From an uncultured bacterium (lineage in GTDB: Bacteria > Bacillota_I > Bacilli_A > RFN20 > CAG-826): a stretch of 64,000 bases of DNA. The stretch covers positions 36,658 to 100,657 of the forward strand of contig CASEKC010000005.1 in assembly GCA_949288485.1 (NCBI GenBank), in the 5' to 3' direction. A model generated the notes under the pieces. It was not told the DNA's origin and did no database searches. It worked only from the letters and a program-made list of their open reading frames with translations. This document shows, piece after piece, positions 26,731-34,765 of the stretch; position 1 is the stretch's first letter, and every line of letters starts with the position of its first letter. The translations under genes and the position numbers were made by a program.

Positions 26731-28815
26731 ATGGTCGCAAAAAAGCAAACCAAAAAAGTCATTTTAACAATAATGGCTTTATTTTTAGTTGGTATTTTAA
26801 GTGGTTGTAACTCAGAACCAGTTAAAGGGCCAACTGGGGACAAAGGTCCTACCGGAGATAAGGGAGAAGATGGTAAAAATGGCATTGATGGTGTAGATGG
26901 CATTGATGGAACAACTTGGCTTACGGGTACAACAACTCCATCGGAAGATTTAGGTAAAATTGGTGATTATTACTTAAATACAACAAATAACAATCTTTAT
27001 CAAAAGACAAGTAATGGATGGAAATTTTTAAATAGTCTTAACGGCGAAGATGGTTCAGATGGTTCCGATGGAATCGATGGTTCTAACGGATCTAATGGTA
27101 GACACTCTTATTCTAATACCTTCTTACCTATTACAGGAGGTTATGTCAAAGCTTCTAAAGGTAGCGCATATGTAGGTGAAGAAATAATATTTACTATCAC
27201 GCCTTTATCCAATACAAAAGTAGAAAGTTTAACTTTAAATGATAAAACTTATACAGTCGATCAATTAACTTTAGGTGAAAATAGAACATATACATATAAA
27301 ACTACCATGGTTGAAAATGGATATGTTGTAAGTGCAAATTTTTCTAGTTATACGCCACTTCAATCTATTTCTTTAACAGCTTCATCATATCTAGTAAAGC
27401 CTAATGAGACTGTTACTTTATCATCAACACTATCGCCTAGCGCATCACAAGCAAATGTAACTTATGAAATCACATCCGGAAGTGAATTTGCCACTTTAAA
27501 AGAAAATATTCTTACTGCAATTTCTGATGGAGAGGTTAAAGTTGTCGCAAAAGCCGAAGGAATAAATTCAAACGAAATCACAATTAAAATTTCAACTGAA
27601 ATAGTTGAGCCAACTGTTCCTATCGAGAAAACAATTGATGAATTATTAAACATGGACTTTAATTCTTATGAAAATGATGCATCAGCAACAAATCCACAGA
27701 AAATTTTCACAGTAAAAGGAAAAATTGATTCTTGGTACAATAACAATTCAAATGATAAAGAATATGGGAATTTCTATATTTCTGATATAAATGAACCTTC
27801 CAAGAAAATTTTAGTATATGGATGTACAAAGGATGAAAATCATTTAGTTTTTGATGATTTAACTGGAAAATGGAAATTTACTTCTAATTTCGGACAATTC
27901 AAGGAAAACGGAAAAGAAATTGCTAATATTGGGGATATCGTAACTTTAAAAGTAAAATTAGCAAACTATAAAGGAACAAACCAATTAAATGCTATTTTAA
28001 TGGAAATAGAAAAAGCACCAATTTCCTCAATTAGACTGAGTTCAACAAAAACTTCTTTAAAAATCGGAGAAAGTGCAGTTTTATCTGTCGACACGGAACC
28101 AAGCGGTGGTGATGTGTCAGAAGTAAAATATGAAATTGTCTCTGGCACTTCGGTAGAATTAAAAGATAACACTATTACAGCTACATCTTTAGGTGAAACC
28201 AAAATTAAAGCAACATTGGGATTACTGTCATCAAACGAGTTGACAATTAATGTTATAGATGATGGCCAAGAAATTAATAAGCTTGAATACGATTTTACGA
28301 CAATAAGTGGTTGGTCTCCAAATGATGAAAATTCATATAACACCGAAAGAACTTATACTACTACAGATGGAGATTTAGTCATTACAAATGGCGGTGTTAA
28401 AGCTTTTAGTGATTCTCCTGGTTACACGATTGGATCTAATAATGCAAGTAAATGGATTAATGATGTACCTGAATCAATTTTAAAAGGTCTTAATCTAGAT
28501 GATTTAACAGGTAATCCAAACATAAATCAAAATTATTATGCAGCAATATACAATAATTTTAATTCAGAAATTAGCAAAATAACTGTAACTGCCGATATTG
28601 CCAAAGGCGAATTCTCAAAAACAATTTGGAATGCATATTTACTTGTTTCAACCGATGATGGTGTTACTTATCAACAATACAACACAACAATCAATAAAGA
28701 TAACGGGCAAATTAGTGCTGATTTAGGCAGTAAAATCACAGGACGTTTTGCCTTTGTATTAGAGTCTTCAAATGGTAAATGTCGTATTAATTTAAAATCA
28801 TTAACAGTTGAATAA
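26731..28815 (+). CDS. Surface lipoprotein with collagen-like G-X-Y repeats and two Big_2-like domains
   Basis: Lipobox LSGC. G-X-Y runs are GPTGDKGPTGDKGEDGKNGIDGVDGIDG and GEDGSDGSDGIDGSNGSNG. Two segments resemble Ig-like Big_2 domains (..VTYEITSGSEFATLKENILTAISDGEVKVVAKAEG.. and ..VKYEIVSGTSVELKDNTITATSLGETKIKATLG..). Confidence 0.7.
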   Translation: MVAKKQTKKVILTIMALFLVGILSGCNSEPVKGPTGDKGPTGDKGEDGKNGIDGVDGIDGTTWLTGTTTPSEDLGKIGDYYLNTTNNNLYQKTSNGWKFLNSLNGEDGSDGSDGIDGSNGSNGRHSYSNTFLPITGGYVKASKGSAYVGEEIIFTITPLSNTKVESLTLNDKTYTVDQLTLGENRTYTYKTTMVENGYVVSANFSSYTPLQSISLTASSYLVKPNETVTLSSTLSPSASQANVTYEITSGSEFATLKENILTAISDGEVKVVAKAEGINSNEITIKISTEIVEPTVPIEKTIDELLNMDFNSYENDASATNPQKIFTVKGKIDSWYNNNSNDKEYGNFYISDINEPSKKILVYGCTKDENHLVFDDLTGKWKFTSNFGQFKENGKEIANIGDIVTLKVKLANYKGTNQLNAILMEIEKAPISSIRLSSTKTSLKIGESAVLSVDTEPSGGDVSEVKYEIVSGTSVELKDNTITATSLGETKIKATLGLLSSNELTINVIDDGQEINKLEYDFTTISGWSPNDENSYNTERTYTTTDGDLVITNGGVKAFSDSPGYTIGSNNASKWINDVPESILKGLNLDDLTGNPNINQNYYAAIYNNFNSEISKITVTADIAKGEFSKTIWNAYLLVSTDDGVTYQQYNTTINKDNGQISADLGSKITGRFAFVLESSNGKCRINLKSLTVE

Positions 28816-28829
28816 TTTGGAGAAAGTTT

Positions 28830-30353
28830 ATGAAAAAGAAAAATATTTTACCTCTTGTACTGCTAAGTGTCTCTTTTTTACTTGGTAGTTGTTCAAATGT
28901 TCAAAACCAAAATCAAGAGAGTAACTCTTCAATTGGCGATAAAGGCCCAACAGGTGATAAGGGTCCTAATGGTGAAAACGGACTTAACGGTGAAGATGGA
29001 AAAAATGGTATAGATGGTGCCATCATTCTCAATGGCAACGGGGAACCATCAACTTCTCTTGGTAAAGATGGTGACTTATATATTGAACTCGATAACGGCA
29101 ACCTTTATCGTAAAGAAAAAGGGATTTGGGTAATTATTACAAACATTTATGGAGAAGACGGGACAGATGGTTCAAACGGAAGCTCCGGAAGCTCTGGTAG
29201 TGATGGAAAAACGGCTTACTCTTCTTCAATAATTGCAACTTATGGAGGAGCTGTCATTCCTTCTAAAGGTAGCGCTTTTGTTGGCGAAGCAATTACTTTT
29301 ACATTTATACCTGATTTAAACAATTCGTTAAAAGAAATTACTATTAATGATGAGATAATTACAGCAAGCGACAAACGTTTAGTCACAAATAAAGAAACAA
29401 ACGTCACTACATATACAACTACAATGATTAAAAATGGATTTGTTGTTGGAGCAACCTTCCTAGATGAAAACGGAAAAGATATATTGCCTATACCAACAAC
29501 AGGAAATGTTGATTTCTTGGTTTCAAAATATACAATCTATAATGATGAATTTGATTTAGTCAAAAATCAAAGCCCTTATTATCAATTCAATGAAAATGAT
29601 TTAAATGAATATTATGCAAATATAGACTTCTCAGCAAATCAAACAACGCTGATGGACTCATTGTATGAAAGATTAAATGATGGGTTCACAAGTTTAAATT
29701 ATTGGGCAAGAGATCACAAGCGGGGTCATAATATAACAGGTTACTCACTAACTGATAGAGATTATGAAACTGAACCATTAACACAGGAAGAAGTAAACTC
29801 CAATCAATGGAATGAATTTGCAATGGTTGATGCTTTATATGTTGATACTACAACTAAATGGGATGGTGACTTTAATACTTACAACAGGGAACACATTTGG
29901 GCTAAATCTCACGGTTTTAGCGATTACGAAGATTCTCCGGCAGGAACTGATATGCACCATTTGCGTTTAGCTGACCCTTCTACAAACTCTTCTCATAATA
30001 ACAAATATTATGATGACACAATTACACCTGAATATTGGGCGCCTCCAAATAAAGATGATAGAGGAGATTTGGCAAGAGCAATATTTTATATGGCGACAAA
30101 ATATTCAAGATACGATGCATCAACTAATTCTCCTTGGTTGGTGCTTGTAGAAAATCCTAATGGACAATCTGGTGATGCTTCTTCTACTAAAGATAAACCT
30201 GCTGAATATGGTAAACTATCTACTTTAATTAGATGGCATCAGGAAGATCCAGTAAGTGAATTTGAATTGGGAAGAAACAATTTTGTTTATAATCTACAAG
30301 GAAACAGAAATCCATTTATTGATTATCCGGATTTAGTAAGCTTATTGTTTTAA
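28830..30353 (+). CDS. Lipoprotein with collagen-like repeats fused to an endonuclease I-family nuclease domain
   Basis: Lipobox LGSC. G-X-Y runs are GDKGPTGDKGPNGENGLNGEDGKNGIDG and GEDGTDGSNGSSGSSGSDG. The C-terminal region NREHIWAKSHGF..DMHHLRLADPSTNSSHNN..GNRNPFIDYP is typical of extracellular endonuclease I. Confidence 0.75.
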   Translation: MKKKNILPLVLLSVSFLLGSCSNVQNQNQESNSSIGDKGPTGDKGPNGENGLNGEDGKNGIDGAIILNGNGEPSTSLGKDGDLYIELDNGNLYRKEKGIWVIITNIYGEDGTDGSNGSSGSSGSDGKTAYSSSIIATYGGAVIPSKGSAFVGEAITFTFIPDLNNSLKEITINDEIITASDKRLVTNKETNVTTYTTTMIKNGFVVGATFLDENGKDILPIPTTGNVDFLVSKYTIYNDEFDLVKNQSPYYQFNENDLNEYYANIDFSANQTTLMDSLYERLNDGFTSLNYWARDHKRGHNITGYSLTDRDYETEPLTQEEVNSNQWNEFAMVDALYVDTTTKWDGDFNTYNREHIWAKSHGFSDYEDSPAGTDMHHLRLADPSTNSSHNNKYYDDTITPEYWAPPNKDDRGDLARAIFYMATKYSRYDASTNSPWLVLVENPNGQSGDASSTKDKPAEYGKLSTLIRWHQEDPVSEFELGRNNFVYNLQGNRNPFIDYPDLVSLLF

Positions 30354-30383
30354 TATAGTTCGAATCAAAAGTGAATAATTATA

Positions 30384-30420
30384 AAAATGGTCCTCCACAT
30401 ACGGCTGACCATTTTTATTT
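30384..30420 (+). terminator. Rho-independent terminator after the nuclease gene
   Basis: aaaatggtc (30384-30392) pairs with gaccatttt (30407-30415) and is followed by a T-rich run. Confidence 0.6.
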
Positions 30421-30691
30421 ATTATGAGTTTTATTTGATATTTTAGATATTTACGAAATATTCAAACCTTCCAATTATAAATATCACAAATTCTTTTTTG
30501 ATTAAAAAGAAAATATATTAAAATATGTATAGACTAAATTCGTAAAAAACGAATTTTACATTAATTTTAAAGCCTCTCAAAAGATTTTTAATTGACATTT
30601 TTACAACTTAAGTTGACATCGGCATACAAAGTTTATTTTTTACCATTGCTAACGATGGTGGAATTCGACGGTTAGATTCACTTAAAACGAA

Positions 30692-30808
30692 CAAAAAAGA
30701 GGGGACTTGAACCCCTCTATATGTACAGATATTTTATTCTCGTACTACGAAAATGCTACGAAAATTCAAAAAACATCGATGGTTATCGTCTTTGGTGCCT
30801 TCTGCCGG
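30692..30808. repeat. att-type junction repeat, copy B, containing the 3' 16 nt of tRNA-Thr (30793-30808)
   Basis: Near-identical to 6236-6355 and 60127-60245. A further GCTACGAAAATGCTACGAAAATTC copy lies at 30913-30940, just before the Xis-like gene. Confidence 0.7.
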
Positions 30809-30943
30809 GATACCCTATAGCTATTTAATAACTATCAAATAAAAATAAATTATCGAATTTTATGCTTTTTTTTAAATTTATTTTCATTTATTAATAATTG
30901 TTTTTACCTTATGATGCTACGAAAATGCTACGAAAATTCATCT

Positions 30944-31213
30944 TTATTTTTTTAATTCATCTAATGCTTTTAAAAGATTAATTTCTTTTTCCCAAGAAGT
31001 GTTGAAATACTTTAGTAATTCATCTCTATAAATACATCTTTTAAAAGGTGGATTATCTTTAATCTTTTTGAATATTGGAGTAAGTTTCCAAGTAGGCACT
31101 CCAAGATATGCAGCACATTGTGACTTAGTCCAAATTCCTTTTTCTAATAATTTTATTTTGTCGTCTCTTTCATAAACGACATATCTATGTCTTCCTTCTC
31201 CGATTGTGATCAT
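30944..31213 (-). CDS. Small island-end DNA-binding protein, possible excisionase-like factor
   Basis: MITIGEGRHRYVVYERDDKIKLLEKGIWTKSQCAAYLGVPTWKL... It is a paralog of 6474..6740 and of the pseudogene 56078..56345. It is always the first gene inside the junction. Confidence 0.5.
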   Translation of the reverse strand: MITIGEGRHRYVVYERDDKIKLLEKGIWTKSQCAAYLGVPTWKLTPIFKKIKDNPPFKRCIYRDELLKYFNTSWEKEINLLKALDELKK

Positions 31214-31226
31214 AAGCTACCTCCTA

Positions 31227-31538
31227 TTAATCAGAAAAATATTCTTTTTTTATTTTGTTATAGCATTTCATTTTTAAAACAAAATACATCTTAAAAGCTT
31301 TTAATTCTTCGTATTCATTTTTTGTTAATAAAACAGAGTCATCATTAGGTATAACAATATTTTCGATATTTACGTTATAAATTTCGGCAAGCTTAGTAAG
31401 CGTATCAATCGATGGTTCACTAACACCATTTTCATATTGACTTAAAGTGTTAGGTGCAACATTGATCAATTTAGCAACATCTTTAGCGCTAAACCCTTTA
31501 GCTATTCTTATTTCAGATAACATCTTATAATTCTTCAT
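31227..31538 (-). CDS. XRE-family HTH protein, array unit 5
   Basis: MKNYKMLSEIRIAKGFSAKDVAKLINVAPNTLSQYENGVSEPSIDTLTKLAEIYNV... Its start overlaps the stop of unit 4 by 14 nt. Confidence 0.75.
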   Translation of the reverse strand: MKNYKMLSEIRIAKGFSAKDVAKLINVAPNTLSQYENGVSEPSIDTLTKLAEIYNVNIENIVIPNDDSVLLTKNEYEELKAFKMYFVLKMKCYNKIKKEYFSD

Positions 31539-31842
31539 TTATTTCTGCTCCCTTATTTGTTTTTAAACACATGCAGACTCTTGAAAGAAAAATATTAAAT
31601 TGAATAAGTAGATTTATATCATCTTCAGTTAAAGTTATTTGCTTTCCTTCGCCATTAACAATAAAGTCTAAACTAACATGAAACATTTGAGCTAATTTTG
31701 CTAAAACATCGATTGATGGTTCAGCTTTTCCTCTTTCATAACAGCTAATAGTTGAATTATCAAAATTTAGTTTTTCTGCAACTTCCTTAGCTGTTAGTTT
31801 TTGTTTTTTTCTTAATTTAGCTAGTATTTTATAATTCTTCAT
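31525..31842 (-). CDS. XRE-family HTH protein, array unit 4
   Basis: MKNYKILAKLRKKQKLTAKEVAEKLNFDNSTISCYERGKAEPSIDVLAKLAQMFHV... It has 14-nt overlaps with the genes on both sides. Confidence 0.75.
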   Translation of the reverse strand: MKNYKILAKLRKKQKLTAKEVAEKLNFDNSTISCYERGKAEPSIDVLAKLAQMFHVSLDFIVNGEGKQITLTEDDINLLIQFNIFLSRVCMCLKTNKGAEINEEL

Positions 31843-32143
31843 TAGTTAATTTCTCCTTAATTTTAAGTAACTGTAATTTGTCGATTAAAACGAAAGCAAA
31901 TTTTTCAATTATATCTATTTCTTCATTGGTGAAAATAATACTTTTATCTTCTTTTAAAAGTAAATAATTTAAACTTACACCATATATCCCGGCCATTTTT
32001 ATTAAAGTATCTATAGATGGTTCATAAACACCATTTTCATATTCACTCATTAAGGATTGAGAAAAATTTAACTTTTTAGCAACATCTTTAGATTTTAATT
32101 TTTTCTTTAACCTTAATTCTTTTAATATCTTATAATTTTCCAT
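31829..32143 (-). CDS. XRE-family HTH protein, array unit 3
   Basis: MENYKILKELRLKKKLKSKDVAKKLNFSQSLMSEYENGVYEPSIDTLIKMAGIYGV.. Confidence 0.75.
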   Translation of the reverse strand: MENYKILKELRLKKKLKSKDVAKKLNFSQSLMSEYENGVYEPSIDTLIKMAGIYGVSLNYLLLKEDKSIIFTNEEIDIIEKFAFVLIDKLQLLKIKEKLTNEEL

Positions 32144-32154
32144 TTTTTACCTCT

Positions 32155-32460
32155 TTATTCTTTAAAAGATAATTTAGTATTTAAATTTAAAAATACATTT
32201 AATAGAAAATTAGATATTTTTAAAAATGATTCAATTTCTTCATTTTTAAACGTGATATTAAATTCTTGACCACTAATAAGATAATCGATACTAACTTTAT
32301 AAATTTTAGATAAATTTAAAAGTGTATCAATTGATGGTTCTCTTAGACCTGATTCATAATTCATTAAAGTGTTATAAGAAACACCGATTCTATTAGATAC
32401 TTCTTTAGCGGAAAGATTTTCTCTTTTCCTTATTTCTTTTAAATTTTTATAATTCATCAT
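32155..32460 (-). CDS. XRE-family HTH protein, array unit 2
   Basis: MMNYKNLKEIRKRENLSAKEVSNRIGVSYNTLMNYESGLREPSIDTLLNLSKIYKV.. Confidence 0.75.
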   Translation of the reverse strand: MMNYKNLKEIRKRENLSAKEVSNRIGVSYNTLMNYESGLREPSIDTLLNLSKIYKVSIDYLISGQEFNITFKNEEIESFLKISNFLLNVFLNLNTKLSFKE

Positions 32461-32500
32461 TAAAAAATAATCTCCTTTTAAAGTAAATATTTATTGTCTT

Positions 32501-32788
32501 TTAGTTAATATGTTTTTTCTTTAACTCTAAAATAAACTCACTTATTTTTATTAAGTTATTAAATTCTTGAGATGAAATTGTTATTTCATCTCTATTACCT
32601 AATACTAAATAATCAATTGATACATTATAAATTTTTGCTAATTTAGCTAATGTATCAATTGGTGGTTCATTTATTCCTCTTTCATAAGAACTTAAAGTTG
32701 TAGGATCAATATTTAAAAGTTTTGCTACATCTTTAGCTTTTAAATTTCTTTCTTTTCTTATTAAAGAGAGAATTTCATAATTTTCCAT
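32501..32788 (-). CDS. XRE-family HTH protein, array unit 1, cut off from its upstream region by the IS
   Basis: MENYEILSLIRKERNLKAKDVAKLLNIDPTTLSSYERGINEPPIDTLAKLAKIYNV... Its first six codons lie inside the 28-bp target duplication of the IS. Confidence 0.75.
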   Translation of the reverse strand: MENYEILSLIRKERNLKAKDVAKLLNIDPTTLSSYERGINEPPIDTLAKLAKIYNVSIDYLVLGNRDEITISSQEFNNLIKISEFILELKKKHIN

Positions 32789-32800
32789 TTTAATTATTAG

Positions 32801-34369
32801 TGTGAATATCCATTTAAATTGTCAGTAAAATAAAGATAAGTTATTCATTTAATTTGTCAGTATTTTTATCAATATTATTCAATTGTTTGGATTTTTTGTT
32901 AAGAAAAAGTTTATACATGTCCGTTCTCCATGGTGTGTATTTTTGTTTATTAAACTCTTTAATAATTTTTGAGTTTTCTGCAAATGAACTTCTTTCTAGC
33001 TTGTAAGTATTTGGGGATGCATAATTTAAATAATCAAGTGGCATATCATTTACTTTGAAAGCTCTGAAAATTGTACCATCAACAGAAATATATTTTGTAT
33101 CATTTAAAGCAATTATAAACATACATTGTGTTTTCGGTTTTATGGTTCTTATAAATTTAGTTTCCCCGTTTGAATTTGCTATTCCCGGTAAATATTTTTC
33201 ACCTTCAAAAGAAATTGTCCCAGCTTTATCAAACGATCTAATAAAACAAATGGATAATGCTAAATTTGCATCATCTTCTGTTAATTTTGGTCTATATAAA
33301 TTTTCTGAACATTTTTTGTTACCAAATAATTTATTCATTTCAGGCAGGAATTTATTGATAATAAATTCATTTGCATCATTTAAATTTTCAATCTTTTTTT
33401 GATGTAATTCTGCGCATAATCTTCTTTGAAAAGTTCCGTTTGCTCTCTCTATAATCGCTTTCTTTGTTGGAAGACTTGTTGTTTCAAGATGAATATTTAG
33501 ATTTCTTAATGCGTATTCTATTTGCACATGACCATTAGAAGTAATTGTGTCTTTTTTACATTTTGTAGAAACAAAACATGATCTATTATCTGTTAAGATA
33601 TTTTCCGGTAAACCATAATTTAAAAAAATTTGTTTTAAAACAATATAATATGCTTTTGTTGTTTCTTGATAATCTAAAATTGCACCAACAAATGTACCGG
33701 TACATACGTCAATTGCAAGATGCAAATGTGTTTTAATATCACCAAAAAAAGTAGCAGATGAAGCATCCATTTGTATTAAAAAACCAGCCTTATCACCTTT
33801 AGGAATTCTATTTGTTGGCTTTTCGACAATGAAAATATTAAAATCTTGTAAAGGCTGCTTCTCATTTTTATCAGATTTAAGGATTGAGTTGGCGGCTTTT
33901 TTAGCATTTCGAATAGTTTTCTTTTGTACATATGGCGAGTAGACATCATCACTTTTTAATATTCGATATAAAGATGCATAAGATATTTTAATGTTTTTTT
34001 CTGAGTCTAATTTTTCTTTGAAATGTTGAATACTAAATCCTAAATATTCATTCTTAAATAAATTAACTATGCATTTTGCATTAAATTTTGACCCTTTTTT
34101 CCTAGGTACTTTTAACAAGGACTTTGCTCCTTTCTCAACATATTTTTTATATTTACGAAAAAATGTTCTCTCGCTACAGCAAAGTTCTTCAGCGGCTTTT
34201 TTTGATGAAATTGACTTTTTTTTATACATTTCAAAAGTAGTTATTGCATCAAAATCTTTGGCCGAAAATTTAAATTCATCCATTTAAAACCTCCATATAA
34301 TTAAATTAATAATTATACTGACATTTTAGATGAATAACTTTTACTGACATTTTCAATGAATACCCACAT
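32801..34369 (-). mobile_element. Complete IS element of about 1.57 kb, IS1202-group (ISNCY)-like, with imperfect terminal inverted repeats and a 28-bp target site duplication
   Basis: The left end is tgtgaatatccatttaaattgtcagtaaaa. The right end, reverse-complemented, is tgtgggtattcattgaaaatgtcagtaaaa. The direct repeat tttcataattttccattttaattattag occurs at 32773-32800 and 34370-34397. TGT ends and 27-28-bp duplications are the described hallmark of the IS1202 group. Confidence 0.75.
32841..34283 (-). CDS. DDE (rve/integrase-core type) transposase of the IS
   Basis: 480 aa with an N-terminal HTH (..SSKKAAEELCCSERTFFRKYKKYVEKG..). The central region has D..D..E spacing (..LIQMDASS.., ..ILTDNRSCF.., ..IIERANGTFQRRL..). 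Confidence 0.75.
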   Translation of the reverse strand: MDEFKFSAKDFDAITTFEMYKKKSISSKKAAEELCCSERTFFRKYKKYVEKGAKSLLKVPRKKGSKFNAKCIVNLFKNEYLGFSIQHFKEKLDSEKNIKISYASLYRILKSDDVYSPYVQKKTIRNAKKAANSILKSDKNEKQPLQDFNIFIVEKPTNRIPKGDKAGFLIQMDASSATFFGDIKTHLHLAIDVCTGTFVGAILDYQETTKAYYIVLKQIFLNYGLPENILTDNRSCFVSTKCKKDTITSNGHVQIEYALRNLNIHLETTSLPTKKAIIERANGTFQRRLCAELHQKKIENLNDANEFIINKFLPEMNKLFGNKKCSENLYRPKLTEDDANLALSICFIRSFDKAGTISFEGEKYLPGIANSNGETKFIRTIKPKTQCMFIIALNDTKYISVDGTIFRAFKVNDMPLDYLNYASPNTYKLERSSFAENSKIIKEFNKQKYTPWRTDMYKLFLNKKSKQLNNIDKNTDKLNE

Positions 34370-34765
34370 TTCATAATTTTCCATTTTAATTATTAGTTAC
34401 TTATATTGACTTTCAATGATAGAATATAAAAACAAGATTTTATTCTTGTAGAGTCCTTTTTACTTGGCGGTTTAGGGGGCTCTTTTTTACTTTTCTAAAT
34501 CTTTTTTAACTAGATTTTTAAAGTATTCATTTTTATTCTCTATTGAATCTAAATATTCAATTAATAACTTATCAACATCGTTTCTTAATCTAAAATGATA
34601 TGATTTATAGTTATTCTTCTCATATTTAGCAGTTGCCCTTAACTGGGCTTTAGTAACTATACCATCACCTCCTTTGTTAACTATATTTTATAACGGTTCC
34701 ATTATATTGTAAAGAGATTTATGAACAAAACGAAAATTATTTATTTATAGAGAGGCAAGGGTAAA

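Noticed and set aside
26715-29101. Antisense ORFs 26715..26903 and 28913..29101 (Pro/Ser/Leu-rich), and also 27462..27653 and 27966..28343
   Set aside because: They are mirror images of the collagen-like and other coding regions on the plus strand. The plus-strand genes have signal peptides, RBSs and recognisable domains. The same reasoning applies to other shadow ORFs in the track: 1289..1480, 3413..3640, 4908..5178, 9717..9917, 15791..15985, 17057..17320, 21950..22138, 33055..33402, 34069..34287, 37400..37582, 38330..38575, 40642..40836, 41779..42294, 46779..47036, 47253..47441, 49903..50205, 51727..51996, 52105..52338, 57528..57731, 59114..59359 and 59626..59829.
34487-34663. Small RHH/Arc-like ORF on the minus strand (..GIVTKAQLRATAKYEKNNYKSYHFRLRNDVDKLLIEYLDSIENKNEYFKNLVKKDLEK)
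   Set aside because: A good RBS (aaaggagg) is present, but the only nearby ATG is out of frame (atg gta tag). The ORF is either frameshifted or uses a non-canonical start, so I did not list it as a feature.
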